From: Eledone cirrhosa
Taxonomy: Eukaryota
DNA length: 64,000 bases
Assembly: GCA_964016885.1 (NCBI GenBank)
Contig: OZ024741.1
Coordinates: 22,134,001 to 22,198,000 of the forward strand
Direction of reading: 5' to 3'
Below, piece by piece: positions 40,447 to 54,310 of this stretch. Under the pieces are notes generated by a model. The model was not told where the DNA came from and ran no database searches. It was given only the letters and a program-made list of their open reading frames with translations. The first letter of the stretch is position 1, and each line of letters opens with the position of its first letter. The position numbers were made by a program, and so were the translations under genes.

Positions 40447-40503
40447 GTATATATATATATATATGTATATATATGTATATATATATATATATGTATATAT
40501 ATG

Positions 40504-40598
<95 letters not shown>

Positions 40599-40602
40599 GT
40601 AT

Positions 40603-40900
<298 letters not shown>

Positions 40901-41307
40901 ATATAAATGTATATGTATATATATATGTATATGTATATATATCCTAAACGGACGGTAGTCCGTTTATATTAGTAATATTGTTGTGGTCGTGTTTTCGTTG
41001 GCATTCGTCTGTTTACGACAGTACAGCGCGGCTCTACTTTATTTAACTGAGATAAAACTTATATGAGCATGAACAGTAGATCATTACGCATCTTTTGGCT
41101 TAAAAATCTAGAAATTTGGTCCAGCGGGAAAAAGTTTATAATCAAAGTTTGCTGATAAATCTTGTGTTCAAGTGAGTGAGTAGTAAGCGTGACGCTAGGG
41201 GAGGTAATCCATAAATGACGACGTTTGGAAAAGTTTAATTACTGCATGAAAGAAATGATTCAAAAATTGAACTTGCCCAAACTTCAGAAATGACGACGTT
41301 TGGAATA

Positions 41308-41604
41308 TGTATATTTGTGTACGTCGCCATATATGTATGTATGTATATGTGTATATGTGTATATGTATATTTGTGTACGTCGCCATATATGTATGTGTGT
41401 ATATGTATATTTGTGTATGTCGCCATATATGTATGTGTGTATATGTATATTTGTGTACGTCGCCATATATGTATGTATGTGTGTGTATGTATATTTGTGT
41501 ACGTCGCCATATATGTATGTATGTGTATATGTATATTTGTGTACGTCACCATATATGTTTGTATGTATGTGTGTATATGTATATTTGTGTACGTCGCCAT
41601 ATAT
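41308..41604. repeat. ~40-bp minisatellite in the Helitron 5' region (7 copies)
   Basis: Core gtatatttgtgtacgtcgccatatat. Confidence 0.9.
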
Positions 41605-41609
41605 ATAAC

Positions 41610-44600
41610 AATGAAAAACGGAGAAAAACTGCAATTAGGAATAGGGAGTACAGACAACGGAAAGCTGCAGAAATAAGAGAAAAAAGACAATCAGACGAAG
41701 CAAAATTTAAAAATAAGGCATGGCAAAAAGCATATAGACTGAGCAGAGGCGATGAGGGCAAAAGTCAGGAGGCATCGTATCAAAAAGTCCGCAGACTGAG
41801 GGCAGGTGATGAGGGCAAAAATCAGCATGCATTGAATCAAAAAGAGCACAGAGTGAGAGCAGGCAAAAGTCAACAGGCATTGTATCAAAAAGCACACAGA
41901 TTGAGAACAGGAGAAGAAGGAAAAGAAAAAGATGCCATATTTGACTTCGAAAAAAGAAAAACCAAAAAATCGGACACAGTATAGGAAGAAATTCAAGCAG
42001 GCCTTGAAAAAGTTTCCAAAATCTACAGAGAAGCACAGGGAATTCGAAATTTCATGTTTAATGAATTGAAAAAAACAATGGCTTCAGTTTATGCACACAT
42101 CAAATTAGCTAAGAAGGAAGGGTTGACTGCATACTGGGGGGAAATATTTTACCATACTTTCACAAATGAACACTTTCTATTCCCAAAAAGTACAGTTGAT
42201 TATTTTCCTCTAACAGAACTTGAAAACCACAATTTTCTGACTGATGACTGTCCAACAAATGAGTGCAGGTGTAAAGATGGTGATGAGCCAAGTGAGGGAG
42301 GTGAGCAAAGTGAGAAAGGTGCACAAAGAGGGGGGGGGGATGAGCCAAGTGAGAAAGGTGCACAAAGAGGGGGAGATGAGCCAAGTGAGGGAGGTGCACA
42401 AGGAGAAGGAGGTGAGCAAAGTGAGAAATGTGCACAAAGAGGGGGGGATGAGCCAAGTGAGACAGGTGCACAAAGATGAGCCAAGTGAGGAAGGCAAGCA
42501 AAGAGGGGGAGATGAGCCAAGTGAGGGAGGTGCACAAAGAGGGGGGGATGAGCCAAGTGAGAAATGTCCACAAAGAGGGGTAGATGAGCCAACTGATGGA
42601 GGTGAGCAAAGTGAATGTCCACAAAGAGGGGTAGATGAGCCAACTGATGGAGGTGAGCAAAGTGAGACAGGTGCACAAAAAGAGGGGGGTGAGCAAAGTG
42701 ACCAGGAAGATTTTGATGGCAGAAAATGTACAGAACTTCTGACTTTGGCTAGATTGTGCAAATTTGGTCCCCCATCAAATTGCCCAGATCCCACTGCACG
42801 TCTAAAGCTAGCTAAACGAATGCACAAGGCCATACATGAACTTTCACCTGATTTGACTGTGTCCCAAATTCGGAAAAAAATGGAAATCTTTGAGCAGTGT
42901 AAAGGATTCCATAGGGACAACATCTATTGCATAGGACAGTCTGACTGCACAAATGGACTTGAACTGATTCGAAGTATGGCTCCTCACTCTCCTCGTATCC
43001 GTACAATTCTGAGATGTGTGTACAAAGTGAGATCAGTCTGTGTCTGGCTAGACTCCTATGACATTTCAATCTTGGAAGGAAATTGGTCAATGTTTGATGA
43101 TCTAGTAAATCCCCAAAACATGTCCAACAATCTGCTAAGCCGTTTGAATGAGATAGTGGAAAATGAAAATGAGAGCTTGCATTCAGAATCCTCAATCATG
43201 GCCAATTTTGCATCCATTATCAAACATTTTAATAAAGAGATTCAAAAAATGAAAATCAACTCCTGTGACATTTGCAAACAACGAGAATTAGATGCTAAAC
43301 TCAAAGTCTGGGAGGATTGGAGCCCTTTGACAAATCCCTATCTCCTGGAAACCATTCAACAAAACTACTCTCTGCCATGTACGATTTGCTCTACATGTAG
43401 AAATAGTCTTGTCAAAAAGTCGATACCATCATTGGCTTCAATCAATGGCCTAGAAGTGGTCAAAATTCTAAATGTGTTGTCAAAGTTGAACATGTATGAG
43501 CAGATTTTGATCCAAATGGCCAATTGCTTCATCAATGTCATTAAATTGTCACCCTATCGTTTCAAAGGTGCACCATCACATCTAGTAGCTGCTATTAAAG
43601 GAATAGCAACTCACATGCCACTACCAGTAGAAAACACAATCAATCATGTAATGAAAAAACTTCCATCGAATCAAAATGATGCATTTGAAATAATTGTTGA
43701 TAGTCTTCCAACTAAAAAGGGCACAATTTGGCGATCGCTAGTGAATATGAAAAATGTCTTTGATGTCTTGGAGTGGCTGAAAAAAAACAATGACATTTTG
43801 ATAGACAGAACCACAAATTTAGAGGACATTGTTACATGCACTGGTGAAAATGTTTCCATCAATTTTCCACACATTCTCACACAAACTGGTGCTGAAACAG
43901 TCTATGAACACCATACTGTACAGCAAATCAAGCCTGCACTCCCAAATCAAAAGGACCTTGAACTGTTTCGCATGAAACGAGTTGAAGGTACTCTTCTTCC
44001 GGACAATGATCCAAACCTGGATCTGATGTGCTTCCCCCACTTATTCCCTAAAGGAAAATTTGGAATGATGCACATGAACAGACCCCATGGTAGAGTAAAG
44101 CCCTACATATTCATCAGAAACAGACTCAGACATGAGGACCCCCGGTTTCGTAGAGACATTCAGTATATTCTCTACAATTTGGACAAGGCTGACAAAAGAG
44201 CACTAGATTCTGGCATTTATGCCGTAATGAAATCACTCAAAAGTCCAAAATTGACACTTGCTCGATTTTATAAAAGATTGGAAGACAATGATGAACAAAT
44301 GGAAAGTGGTTTGTCAATGATGATGGCGAATGTTCGTGGAACAAAGCCATTTTGGGAACGCAAGTGCTCCGACATAGATGAGAAATTCGGTCCTGCCCAT
44401 TTGTTTATCACTCTTTCATGTGCTGAATACTTTTGGCCAGGCTTGAGGGAATTTTTGGAAAAACTCAATAAAGACATTGCAAATGTTGAAACAAGGCCGA
44501 TAGGGAATCTCTGTGCAAATGATGTTGTGGCTGTCAGTGAGTACGTTCTCCATCGTTTTAGTGCTGTTTTTCATGATGTAATTTTAAATAAAAAAGGCCC

Positions 44601-47490
44601 ATTTGGGGAAATTATTCATTACTTTTGGCGACTCGAGTATCAACAACGTGGTGCCCCTCACATTCACCTTAAAGCCTGGGTTCGGGACAGTGTAATTTTT
44701 GACAAAGATCCTAAAGAAAAAATCAAGCAATTTATTGAACGCTGCATTACTTGCCGGCTACCATACCCTGTGGCCAGCCCAAACTTGGCAAATCTCGTTA
44801 GACGGTTCCTAGTCCATACTTGTGGCAAAGCATGCTGGAGAATAGTGAGGAGAGGGAAAAATGTTCGTAAAAAATGCCGTTTTGGTTTTGCACGTGCAGT
44901 GGGGCCATTTCGGTTTTTCTCAGTTTCTGAAAGTATCAAATCACGAAAAAATGGTAATGGGACAAAAAAACTGTACCAATTGGAAAGAAAAGAATCAGAA
45001 AAGTACATAAATGACTACAATCCATGTTTACTTCTAGCCTGGCAAGCAAATATAGATGTGCAATACATTGGTGAGAATAGTATGATTTTGAATAGATATG
45101 TCACCTGCTATCAGACTAAGGCTGAACAAAATGAGGCTGGGGGAGTGTGGGCGAATCTGGATCATTCCAAAACAAAATATGGGAAATACAAAAGTGCTGG
45201 ACTGCAATTGCTTGGGGAAAGGGATACAGGAGGGTATGAAGCTGCTGACAAACTTTTGGGGCATCATTTTTACGGGTCATCAGATCATGTTATTTGGGTA
45301 GGTGCAGACATTCCCAGTAGGCGCGGCCGTAGATTGAAATCTCAAAATGATCTCGATGAACTGAGTGAACACTCAATGGACTTGTTCTACGAGAACATGG
45401 TGGAAACTTTTTACAAAAACCGGCCAAAATTCCTGGAAGATTCCTCATATGAAGTTGCCAGCAAATATGAGAGGACACAAAAAAAACCTGTTGACAAAGA
45501 TGTGGCTACAAAAATGAAATTGCTCAATGACAAGGGGTATTTTCATAGTGTAAAAGAGCGGGTAGTTAAAGCACCGAATATACAGCTCAAAAATGACACA
45601 AAAGAACGTTATTACCACAATCTTCTAATGCTGTTCAAACCCTGGCGCGATGAGGACAAAGATTTATTGGGGGGCTGCAAAACATTTGAAGAGTCCTTTC
45701 ATCTGTGTGCAAACAATTTGCTTGATATGGTGAATTTTCAAAATGTGAGGAAAAAAAATCACTGATGCAGTTGAGATGGGGAAGAGGTTGGAGAAGGAGG
45801 GTGAAAAGGAGGGAGAGGTCGGAGAAGGACGGAGAGAAGAGGGGGAGAAGGAGGCAAGAGATGAGGCTGGTATTGATGTTCCCCAAATTCGAGATGTAGA
45901 TGAAACTGCTCTACAGACAAAAGAAACACAGCTTAATACAGATCAAATATCCATATACAATCTAATTGTATCAGCAATTGAAAAACAGGAATTGCATTGG
46001 AATTCGGAAAAACCACTACCAAGGTGCAGATGTGATGATTGCCCACAATTTCTCAAATTTGTCTCTGGTGTACAGGGAAAAGTTTTCTCATTGATATAAT
46101 TTCTGACAAAGTTACTCAAATTTGTTGCAAGAGAAATGGGGCCCCAGTAGTCATTTGTGCACCAACTGGTATGGCTGCTTTCCAAATCAAGGGGACTACT
46201 TTGCACAGGCTCTTGAAACTCCCAGTCCAACATGGAAAGTCACCATCATATAGGGAATTAGAAAGTCATGAACTCAAAATTTTGCGATCCACTCTAGAGG
46301 GTGTCCGTCTGATAATTATCGATGAAATAAGTATGGTCACTCATCTGATGTTGGCATTTATCCATAGGCGTCTAGATGAGATTTTTGGGGACCAGAGTCA
46401 AATGACCAGCCCTTTTGGAAAAATAAATATTCTGGTTTTTGGCGATCTACTTCAACTTCCACCAGTAAATGAAAAAACACTCTTTTCCAGTATTTCTGCA
46501 TATGATGCTAAAAGGACTGGTCTGGGAATAAGTGGGCAGTCACTGTGGAAATTTTTCGACTATGATGAGCTCACTATAAACATGCGGCAAAAAAATGACA
46601 GTGAAAACTATTCTGAAATGTTGGGTCGAATAAGAATAGGATCACCTACAGACATGGACATCAAGACTTTGAGTGAACATTGCCTATTCCCAGATCGCAG
46701 GGCAACAATGAGAGAGGCAACTGAGAAACTAATGCAACTTTGCACATTACCTAGTCAAAAATTTGTCTGTATTTTTCCTGTCAATGAATCTGTAGATGAA
46801 TTCAACAAGGAAATGCTTAAGCATGCCAACATCAGTACAGTTGTAGTTATTGCTGAGGACTCAGGAATGCGCCAGAAAGGTCGTAAAAAAAAGTCAAAGT
46901 CAAACAAATTTTCCAAACCAAAAAAGGCATCAGACACTGCTGGACTTGAGACTGAATTGCAAGTTGGAGTTGGGGCCAGAGTAATGCTGAGACGAAACAT
47001 TAATTTGGTGAAGGGGCTATGTAATGGTGTCATGGGAACAGTGCAAAGCATGGTCAATGGAAAAGATGGGAAAATGGGACAAATCATTGTGGAATTTGAT
47101 CACATGATAGGCAATGACATTTCAATGGAAAAGGTGACTGCAGATTATGAAATCTCTCCTGGTGTGTATGTGACACGAAAACAGTTCCCCCTAAGCCTTG
47201 CCTATGCCATCACCATCCATAAATCACAGGGAATAAGTGTTGATGGGGTCATTGCTGATCTTGGTCCTCTGTTGTTCGCAGATGGAATGGCCTATGTTGC
47301 ACTTTCACGAGCTAGGAAACTCTGCAATGTCTACTTGATAGATTTTGACCCACGAACCCTGATCATGTGTGACAAATCTGCTTGGGAAGAGTACAACAAA
47401 TTGCGTTCTACAACAAAATTGCCTCCACTTGGACCATGTAGAAATAAACCACCATGCATGGCTTCTGAATCTTGCATGCCAAAAAAAACG
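41610..47490 (+). pseudogene. RepHel (HUH/Y2 Rep + Pif1 helicase), interrupted by stop and frameshifts
   Basis: Rep motifs GPAHLFITLSC, YFWRLEYQQRGAPHIH, YVTCYQTK; helicase TGKS, APTGMAA, IIIDEISM, GDLLQLPPV, RKQFPLSLAYAITIHKSQG, YVALSR; lesions at 41982, ~42330-42480, ~45750 and ~46070. Confidence 0.92.
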
Positions 47491-48487
47491 ATCATGGCGA
47501 ATGTTGAATGTGGACAACCCTTCTGAATATGCTCCACCTACCAAAAAACCTAAATTAGCTACAATTTCCATGCTCACTCCCATGATTAGACTACAAAATA
47601 AGGAAAATGCCTGTTTTGCCAATTCCACACTTCAAGCTATTGCCCATTTGCCCAAACTTTGGGAAACTTTGTTGTCTACCAAATTACTCAGTCCAGTTGT
47701 TCAGGAAATAGCAAATATTGTCACACCAGGGGATCGGGATGTTTCAATTCTGCGAAGATTAATTGGGGGGAGATTTAAGGATGGTGCTCAGCAATGTGCC
47801 CATGATTTTTGGAAAAATATCTACCCACATTTTCCACCAAATGCACAGCAAATATTCCAATTTCAAGTGAATGAAACACTAAGATGCACTAAAAGTCATG
47901 AAAATGAATGCTCACGTTTGAATGATCAAATTTGTACTTGCACACATAGACCTGGATGTGGACTCGAAACTCACAAAACACCAGAAATTAAATCAGACTT
48001 GACATTGCATCCTATTCAAGGCTCTCAACAGTTTCGTACTTTACTTGTATCAAATGACACCATAATAAAACAATGTGACACCTGCACCACCAATACAGAG
48101 CACACAACAACCATCAGGAGAGATTTCCCCCCTACAATGCACTACCTTGTAGTATCAATCAACCGATTCCTCATAATCAGTGGTCAAGAAACTCAAATAC
48201 ATTGTGATTTATTGAATTTCAGTTCAAAACGCCAGCAGTTTTTTTATACCAATTTCCAACTTCAATCAGCAATTGTTCACACATTAGGTTCCACATCAGG
48301 AGGTCATTACACTTGTTTAATTCACAAAGATGGTGACAAATGGGATGAAATTAGTGACACGTGCATAACCAAAAGGCACCCAAAATTTCCACCTAAATTG
48401 TTTTACTTTTTAAAAAAAAACTATAGGTCCAATATCACTCCAGAATGCTCTGTCCTACACATCCAAGTGAACTCTATTAGACATTAA
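47490..48487 (+). pseudogene. USP-family (peptidase C19) deubiquitinase domain, C-terminal to the helicase
   Basis: Cys box RLQNKENACFANSTLQAI, QQCAHDF, CxxC zinc ribbon, YLVVSINRF, His box FQLQSAIVHTLGSTSGGHYTC..W..ISD. Confidence 0.85.
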
Positions 48488-48612
48488 AATAATATAGAGT
48501 ATAAAAATCTGTACTACTATATGAAAAATTTGTTGATATATACCACAATTTCAAACTGCTAATCTTGAGTGAAACGTTGATGTAAATAATGAACTTACAA
48601 TCACCTGTTATA

Positions 48613-48659
48613 TGCCTTGAAAAGTCCCACCATATGGTCGGACGAAACGGCTGTCGGCA
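48613..48659 (+). ncRNA. Hammerhead with U3-A8 core
   Basis: TGCC TTGAAAA GTCC.ACCA-ta-TGGT.GGAC GAAAC GGCT GTC GGCA then AATAAA. Confidence 0.75.
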
Positions 48660-49992
48660 ATAAACTTGTTATAATGTCATAATAGTTCCTTTGTTCTTTT
48701 TCATTAATCCTAAACGGACGTTAGTTCGTTTAGTAATATTGTTGTGGTCGTGTTTTCGTTGGCAATCGTCTGTTTACGACAGTACAGCGCGGCTCTACTT
48801 TATTTAACTGAGATAAAACTTATATGAGCATGAACAGTAGATCATTACGCATCTTTTGGCTTAAAAATCTAGAAATTTGGTCCAGCGGGAAAAAGTTTAT
48901 AATCAAAGTTTGCTGATAAATCTTGTGTTCAAGTGAGTGAGTAGTAAGCGTGACGCTAGGGGAGGTAATCCAGAAATGACGTAGCTTTGTCATTAAGCCA
49001 GTTGCCTCAACTAGATTGCAATTATACTCAAAAGAACTTTAAAATGTCAATCACTTGTCAGTAATTCACTATGATCATTTAATTATTAGATAGCTATTGC
49101 TTGCATTGCCTTAAAAAATAGTAGACCAGATAGAAAAAGGCGTACAGCAAAAAAAAGTAATATTGTTGGAATATAAAACTTTAAAAATACAGGACAAGAA
49201 ACTAAAATAAAACTTTAAAAGAATAGGACAAGAAACTAAGATAAAATTTTAAAGAATTGGACAAGAAATAAAAAACTTTACAATAATATTAGTGGCAAAT
49301 TTTTTTTATTCGTTTCCTGTGCTATGCCCCAGTATCTTCTTGATTAGTGCATAATAATTGTTATGCTCTCATTGTGCGTTGCCCCTGAGCGGTTGGTTCT
49401 GGTTGGGGTTGGTTGGCTGAGCAGTTCTGCTCCGTCAGAATGACCATTGCAAGAAGAATTGGCCGATGCAGCTGCAGGTCTCCTCCAAGAATGCACTTCT
49501 GGTCCCGCAACACCAGACGAAGATGGAGAAGACGACCCGGACAAGATGTCGACTCTGACCACCGACTACGGCACCTCCCTCAACCACCGGTCCTCCCTCC
49601 CTCTGTCCCGTCATCCCTCCAGTCCTCCTGCTCCCCCTTCCTGTACCAGAAAGCTGTGGCACGCATTCATCTGGACTGCCGGATTTGAACTCAAGGACAA
49701 GATGCAAGGAGAAGATGGACGGGTTGGTCAAGATCAAGGATGAGCGGGACGACAAGACCGTCCGCTGCTGCTCAAGATCTGTTCTCATGGGCCCATGGGT
49801 CCATTCACATTATGCATGACACATGAGGCGTGTTGCCGAATGATGAAATAGGGGTATGGTTATGGCCCAATTGGTGTTCAAACCAGGATCAAATTTTCCC
49901 CCCGGTCTGACGACGACCTCTGAATGTGGAACCCAGAGCCTATGAATGTGGAACTCGATTTTTATATATGTATATATATATATATGTATATA

Positions 49993-50137
<145 letters not shown>

Positions 50138-50160
50138 GTGTATATATATGTATATATATG

Positions 50161-50191
<31 letters not shown>

Positions 50192-50348
50192 GTATATATA
50201 TGTATATATATATATATGTATATATATATATGTATATATATATATGTATATGTATATATGTATATATGTATATATATATATAAATGTATATGTATATATA
50301 TATGTATATGTATATATGTATATATATATATATATATAAATGTATATA

Positions 50349-50394
<46 letters not shown>

Positions 50395-51266
50395 GGTGGC
50401 GTGTCTGGTGAGGAGGAAGGGGGTATATAGATACACGACGTTGGATTCAAAGCTGACACCAGCGGTGGAGCTTCTTCCGAGGACTACTCATAGAACCATT
50501 ATGAGGAAGAAGTGTAAATATCTTCGGTTTAGTTTCAAATCAGGCTTTAATTTCTGTATTTTTAGATGGAGACTGGCCGAGCGGTTAAATGGTTCACTTG
50601 GCAGTCATTTGGTTTTGGGTTCGATCCAACTGCGTGACATCTTGGACAAATGTCATCTACCATAACTTCGGGTCAACATATGTATTGTGACTAAAACTGA
50701 GTAATGCAGAAACTGTTTGGAAACCCGTCATTCAGCCTTATCACATTCTGTGTCACACTGAATCTCCCTGAGAATTATGTTAATGGTACACGTGTCTATG
50801 GAAAAAACCTCCCAGAAACCAATTGGTTTGGTTCTGTAATTAGAAAGGAGAGATATAGGGCTCTTACTTCCTGCTGGGTTCGTAAAGGGTACCGCCCTGA
50901 CACACGGCGTGTCTTGGGGGCATTTGGCAGTATCGGTAGAGGGTCAGACGCCATGCTTTGATGCATAGAGTTACGGCCCTTGTTATTCTGAGTTCAAATC
51001 CCGCCAAGGTTAACTTTGTCTTTCATCCTTACGGGGGTCGATAAAATCAAGTACCAGTAAAGATTTGAACCCAGAAGAAAGTGAGCCGGAACAAGTACCG
51101 AGGTATTTTATCACGTCATAACCAGTCTCCCAGTTGACCGCCTGGAATAGAAGCTATTTGATAAACGCCATAAATCATATTTGACAGCCAGAATTTGGCA
51201 GAGAAGATGGAAGTATCTCGAAAATGTTATATATATGTGTGTGTATGTGTGTGTGTGAGTACACTC

Positions 51267-51326
<60 letters not shown>

Positions 51327-51474
51327 CTGGCATTCCGTCGGTTACGACGACGAGTATTCCAGTTGATAGGAACAACGAAACAGGCTGCTCATGAAATTAA
51401 CGTGCAAGTGGCTCAGCATTCCACAGACACGCGTACTCTTCACGTAGTTCTCATGGAGATTCAGCATGACTCAG

Positions 51475-54285
51475 AAAAACCACGCAATCAAGATACAAAC
51501 AGAAAGCCTGAATCAGCGTGGATGCGAAATTTAAAAAGCAAAATTTTGTCCCTGAGACGAAGGATCTCACACATCGCAGTCGTTATGAAATGCAACATAG
51601 AGAGCAACTTCACACGACACCAGGAAGACCTAAAAAAAAAGTTAGAGAGACGATTTGGAGATACAAAATTTAAAACTTTGAACTCCAAATCACACCAGTT
51701 GAAACAACTCACAGCTACAACAGAAAGACTAAAATATAAGTCAACAGCACATAAACGACAAGTGCTAAATAGATTGTTTGCCAGAGATCCTAAATCAGTT
51801 TATCGCTGCTTCGGTGGCGAAAGCTAAATCCCTGTAAATGACACCCCTTCAAAAGAACAGGTTGAGATCTGTATGGGAAACGGATGACGGATTCAACAGA
51901 CAAACTAATTGGCTAAAAGAACTGGAACAGGACTACTGCCAACATGTCCAGACAAAACAATATGACATAAATGGGTCAATACTGGAAACAGCTCTACAGA
52001 AAATGTCGAATAGGAAATCACCAGGCCCAGACCTCATTACAGGATATTGGTTGAAGAATTTCACTTTCTATCGGCAAGATCTCATACGGCTGTTTACAGA
52101 AACCATTAAAGACACACAAGAACTGCCCAGATGGTTATCAACTGCCACTACTTTCTTAATTCCCCAAAATAGCCGAACCACCCTTGCTAAAAATTACCGC
52201 CCAATAGCCTGCCAAAACATCATGTATAAATTATATACTGGGTGCCTTAACCTGTTCTTACAGGATCACTGTGCTACCAACAACATCATAACACCTGAGC
52301 AAGCTGGTGGAAAGAGGCAGGTGTGGGGTTGCATAGATCACCTACTAACTAATAAAATGATTCAGGAAAAAACAACAAAGAATCGCAGAAACATGACTGT
52401 GGTGTGGCTGGACTATCAAAAAGCATTTGATAGTGTACCTCATGGGTGGATTATTAAGGCTTTACAGTTAGCCAAAGTCCCACAACCATTGGTAGCTGCT
52501 GTTGAACGCCTGACCAAGACCTGGTACACCAATTTGATCCTTAGAGGTGAGAAGGAGCAAGTTAAGACTGATGAGATACATTACCAGAAGGGCATCTTTC
52601 AGGGGGATAGCTTGTCAGTGCTACTCTTCGTTCTCTCACTAAATCCACTATCTTACCTACTCAGGAAACAAGGTGAACAAAGAAGTGGGTCCAGAAGTAT
52701 CTCCCATCTTTTCTTTGTTGTATGGGCCAAATATCAATGACATCAAGAAACAATTGGACCTCATTGCACAATTTGCAACAGACATCAAAATGAAATTTGG
52801 TGTGTCCAAGTGTGCATATTTGGCAGTAAAACGTGGAAGAGCTGTGCCCTCCTCTAGAAATCTAGAGATGAACGGCCTGACAATACAACCTCTACAGTCA
52901 GGTGACAACTACAGATATCTTGGACAGGATGAGAATGTTAGATATGATGGACCCATAAATAAGGAGAGAACCAGAACTGATACGTCAGAAGAGTAAAGAA
53001 AATATGGTCATCAGAATTGTCAGCGTACAACAAATACATTGCCCACAATACTTATGCTGTGCCAATTCTAACGCCAACATTTGGCCTGCTGAACTGGTCA
53101 TTGCAAGAACTAAGTGAGATGGATGTTAGAACTCGCAAACTTCTCAGTGTTACTGGGAACTTTAACATCAATGGTGATGTGGATAGGCTATACTTCTCAC
53201 GCAAGGAAGGTGGTCGGGGTCTAAAATCCATATTAACAACATATGAGACCCGGATAGTAACACTGAAGCAACACTTTCAACAGAGGAAAAAGGTTGGCAA
53301 CCATCTTGCCCAGGTATATGAGCATGAAAAAAAAATATCATTAGAATAGCGACTGATTTGGAGGAGAGATATGGAATAAAACCTGATATAAATCTCTCAC
53401 CCAGAGAAATCGGAAGATCCTATTCAATGTTCAAACAAGATGAAAAAATTGACCAATCTACAGAAAAAGTTGTGCATGGATACTTGAGACGTAAAACACA
53501 GACCATAGAGGGGATAAAGCACTCAAAAAGCCTGGCATGGAGTTCCGACAAGTTTATGACATCACACCTTGAGGGATATCTCTATGCAATACAGGAACAA
53601 GAACTCCCTACCAAATATCTGCTGCACAAAATGGGAGGGCCAGCAGCTGACAATAAATGTAGGCTATGTAAAACAAAGATCGAGGATGTAAGCCACATTG
53701 TTGCCAGCTGCGAAAGGATGTCATCTCGCTACTACCTCCCCATGAGACACGATGGGATAGCTAGAACCATCTGGAACGCACTTCGGAAAACAAAATTAAC
53801 AACAAACGAGGAAGAATATATTGAGATAGATGGCACTAAGGAATACTGGTGGAACCTGAAAATAAAAACTGCCACCAAATTAAAGCACAACCACAACCGG
53901 CCTGATATTGTTGTTTGGGACCACACATTGAAAACATGTTCAGTTGTGGAGATCAACTGCCCACTTGATGTAAACGTTGTCAGAAAAATACAGGAGAAGG
54001 AGGACATCTACGGACCATTGATGAGGAGTTTACAAATCCAGTATCCAAGATACACCTTTAGCTTCATACCCATCATTATTGGAGCTACGGGTTATATACC
54101 AACCCGCTTGGACCAAAGTATGACTGAACTTGGATTTGCGGACAAAAAGCGCAGCTCCCTAATTCATAGTCTACAAATTTGCAAAACATTCTTGCGATTC
54201 AAGGGATGACGATTTCTTTTCTTTTACAACCTTGACACCAGGAAGGTGGCCGGTCAAAAAAATATACTCGAAATTAAGAGAAAGA
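51475..54285 (+). mobile_element. R4/Dong-clade LINE, frameshifted RT + CCHC + RLE
   Basis: KSPGPDLITGYWLK, NYRPIAC, LDYQKAFDSVPH, GIFQGDSLS (DD motif deleted), RKEGGRGL, CRLC..HIVASC, RHD, NRPDIV, IPIIIGATG. Confidence 0.9.
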
Positions 54286-54310
54286 GATAACATACATACA
54301 TACATATATA

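Larger units (their letters stand above)
40942..49963 (+). mobile_element. Helentron/Helitron2-type rolling-circle transposon (degenerate autonomous copy plus tandem short derivative)
   Basis: Rep-helicase ORF fragments; 5' A|TC plus hairpin; 5' module repeated at 48708-48981; in (TA)n. Confidence 0.9.

Noticed and set aside
47369-48487. USP ORF as an independent host gene
   Set aside because: Intronless, contiguous with the helicase through a single homopolymer shift, and enclosed by Helitron terminal modules
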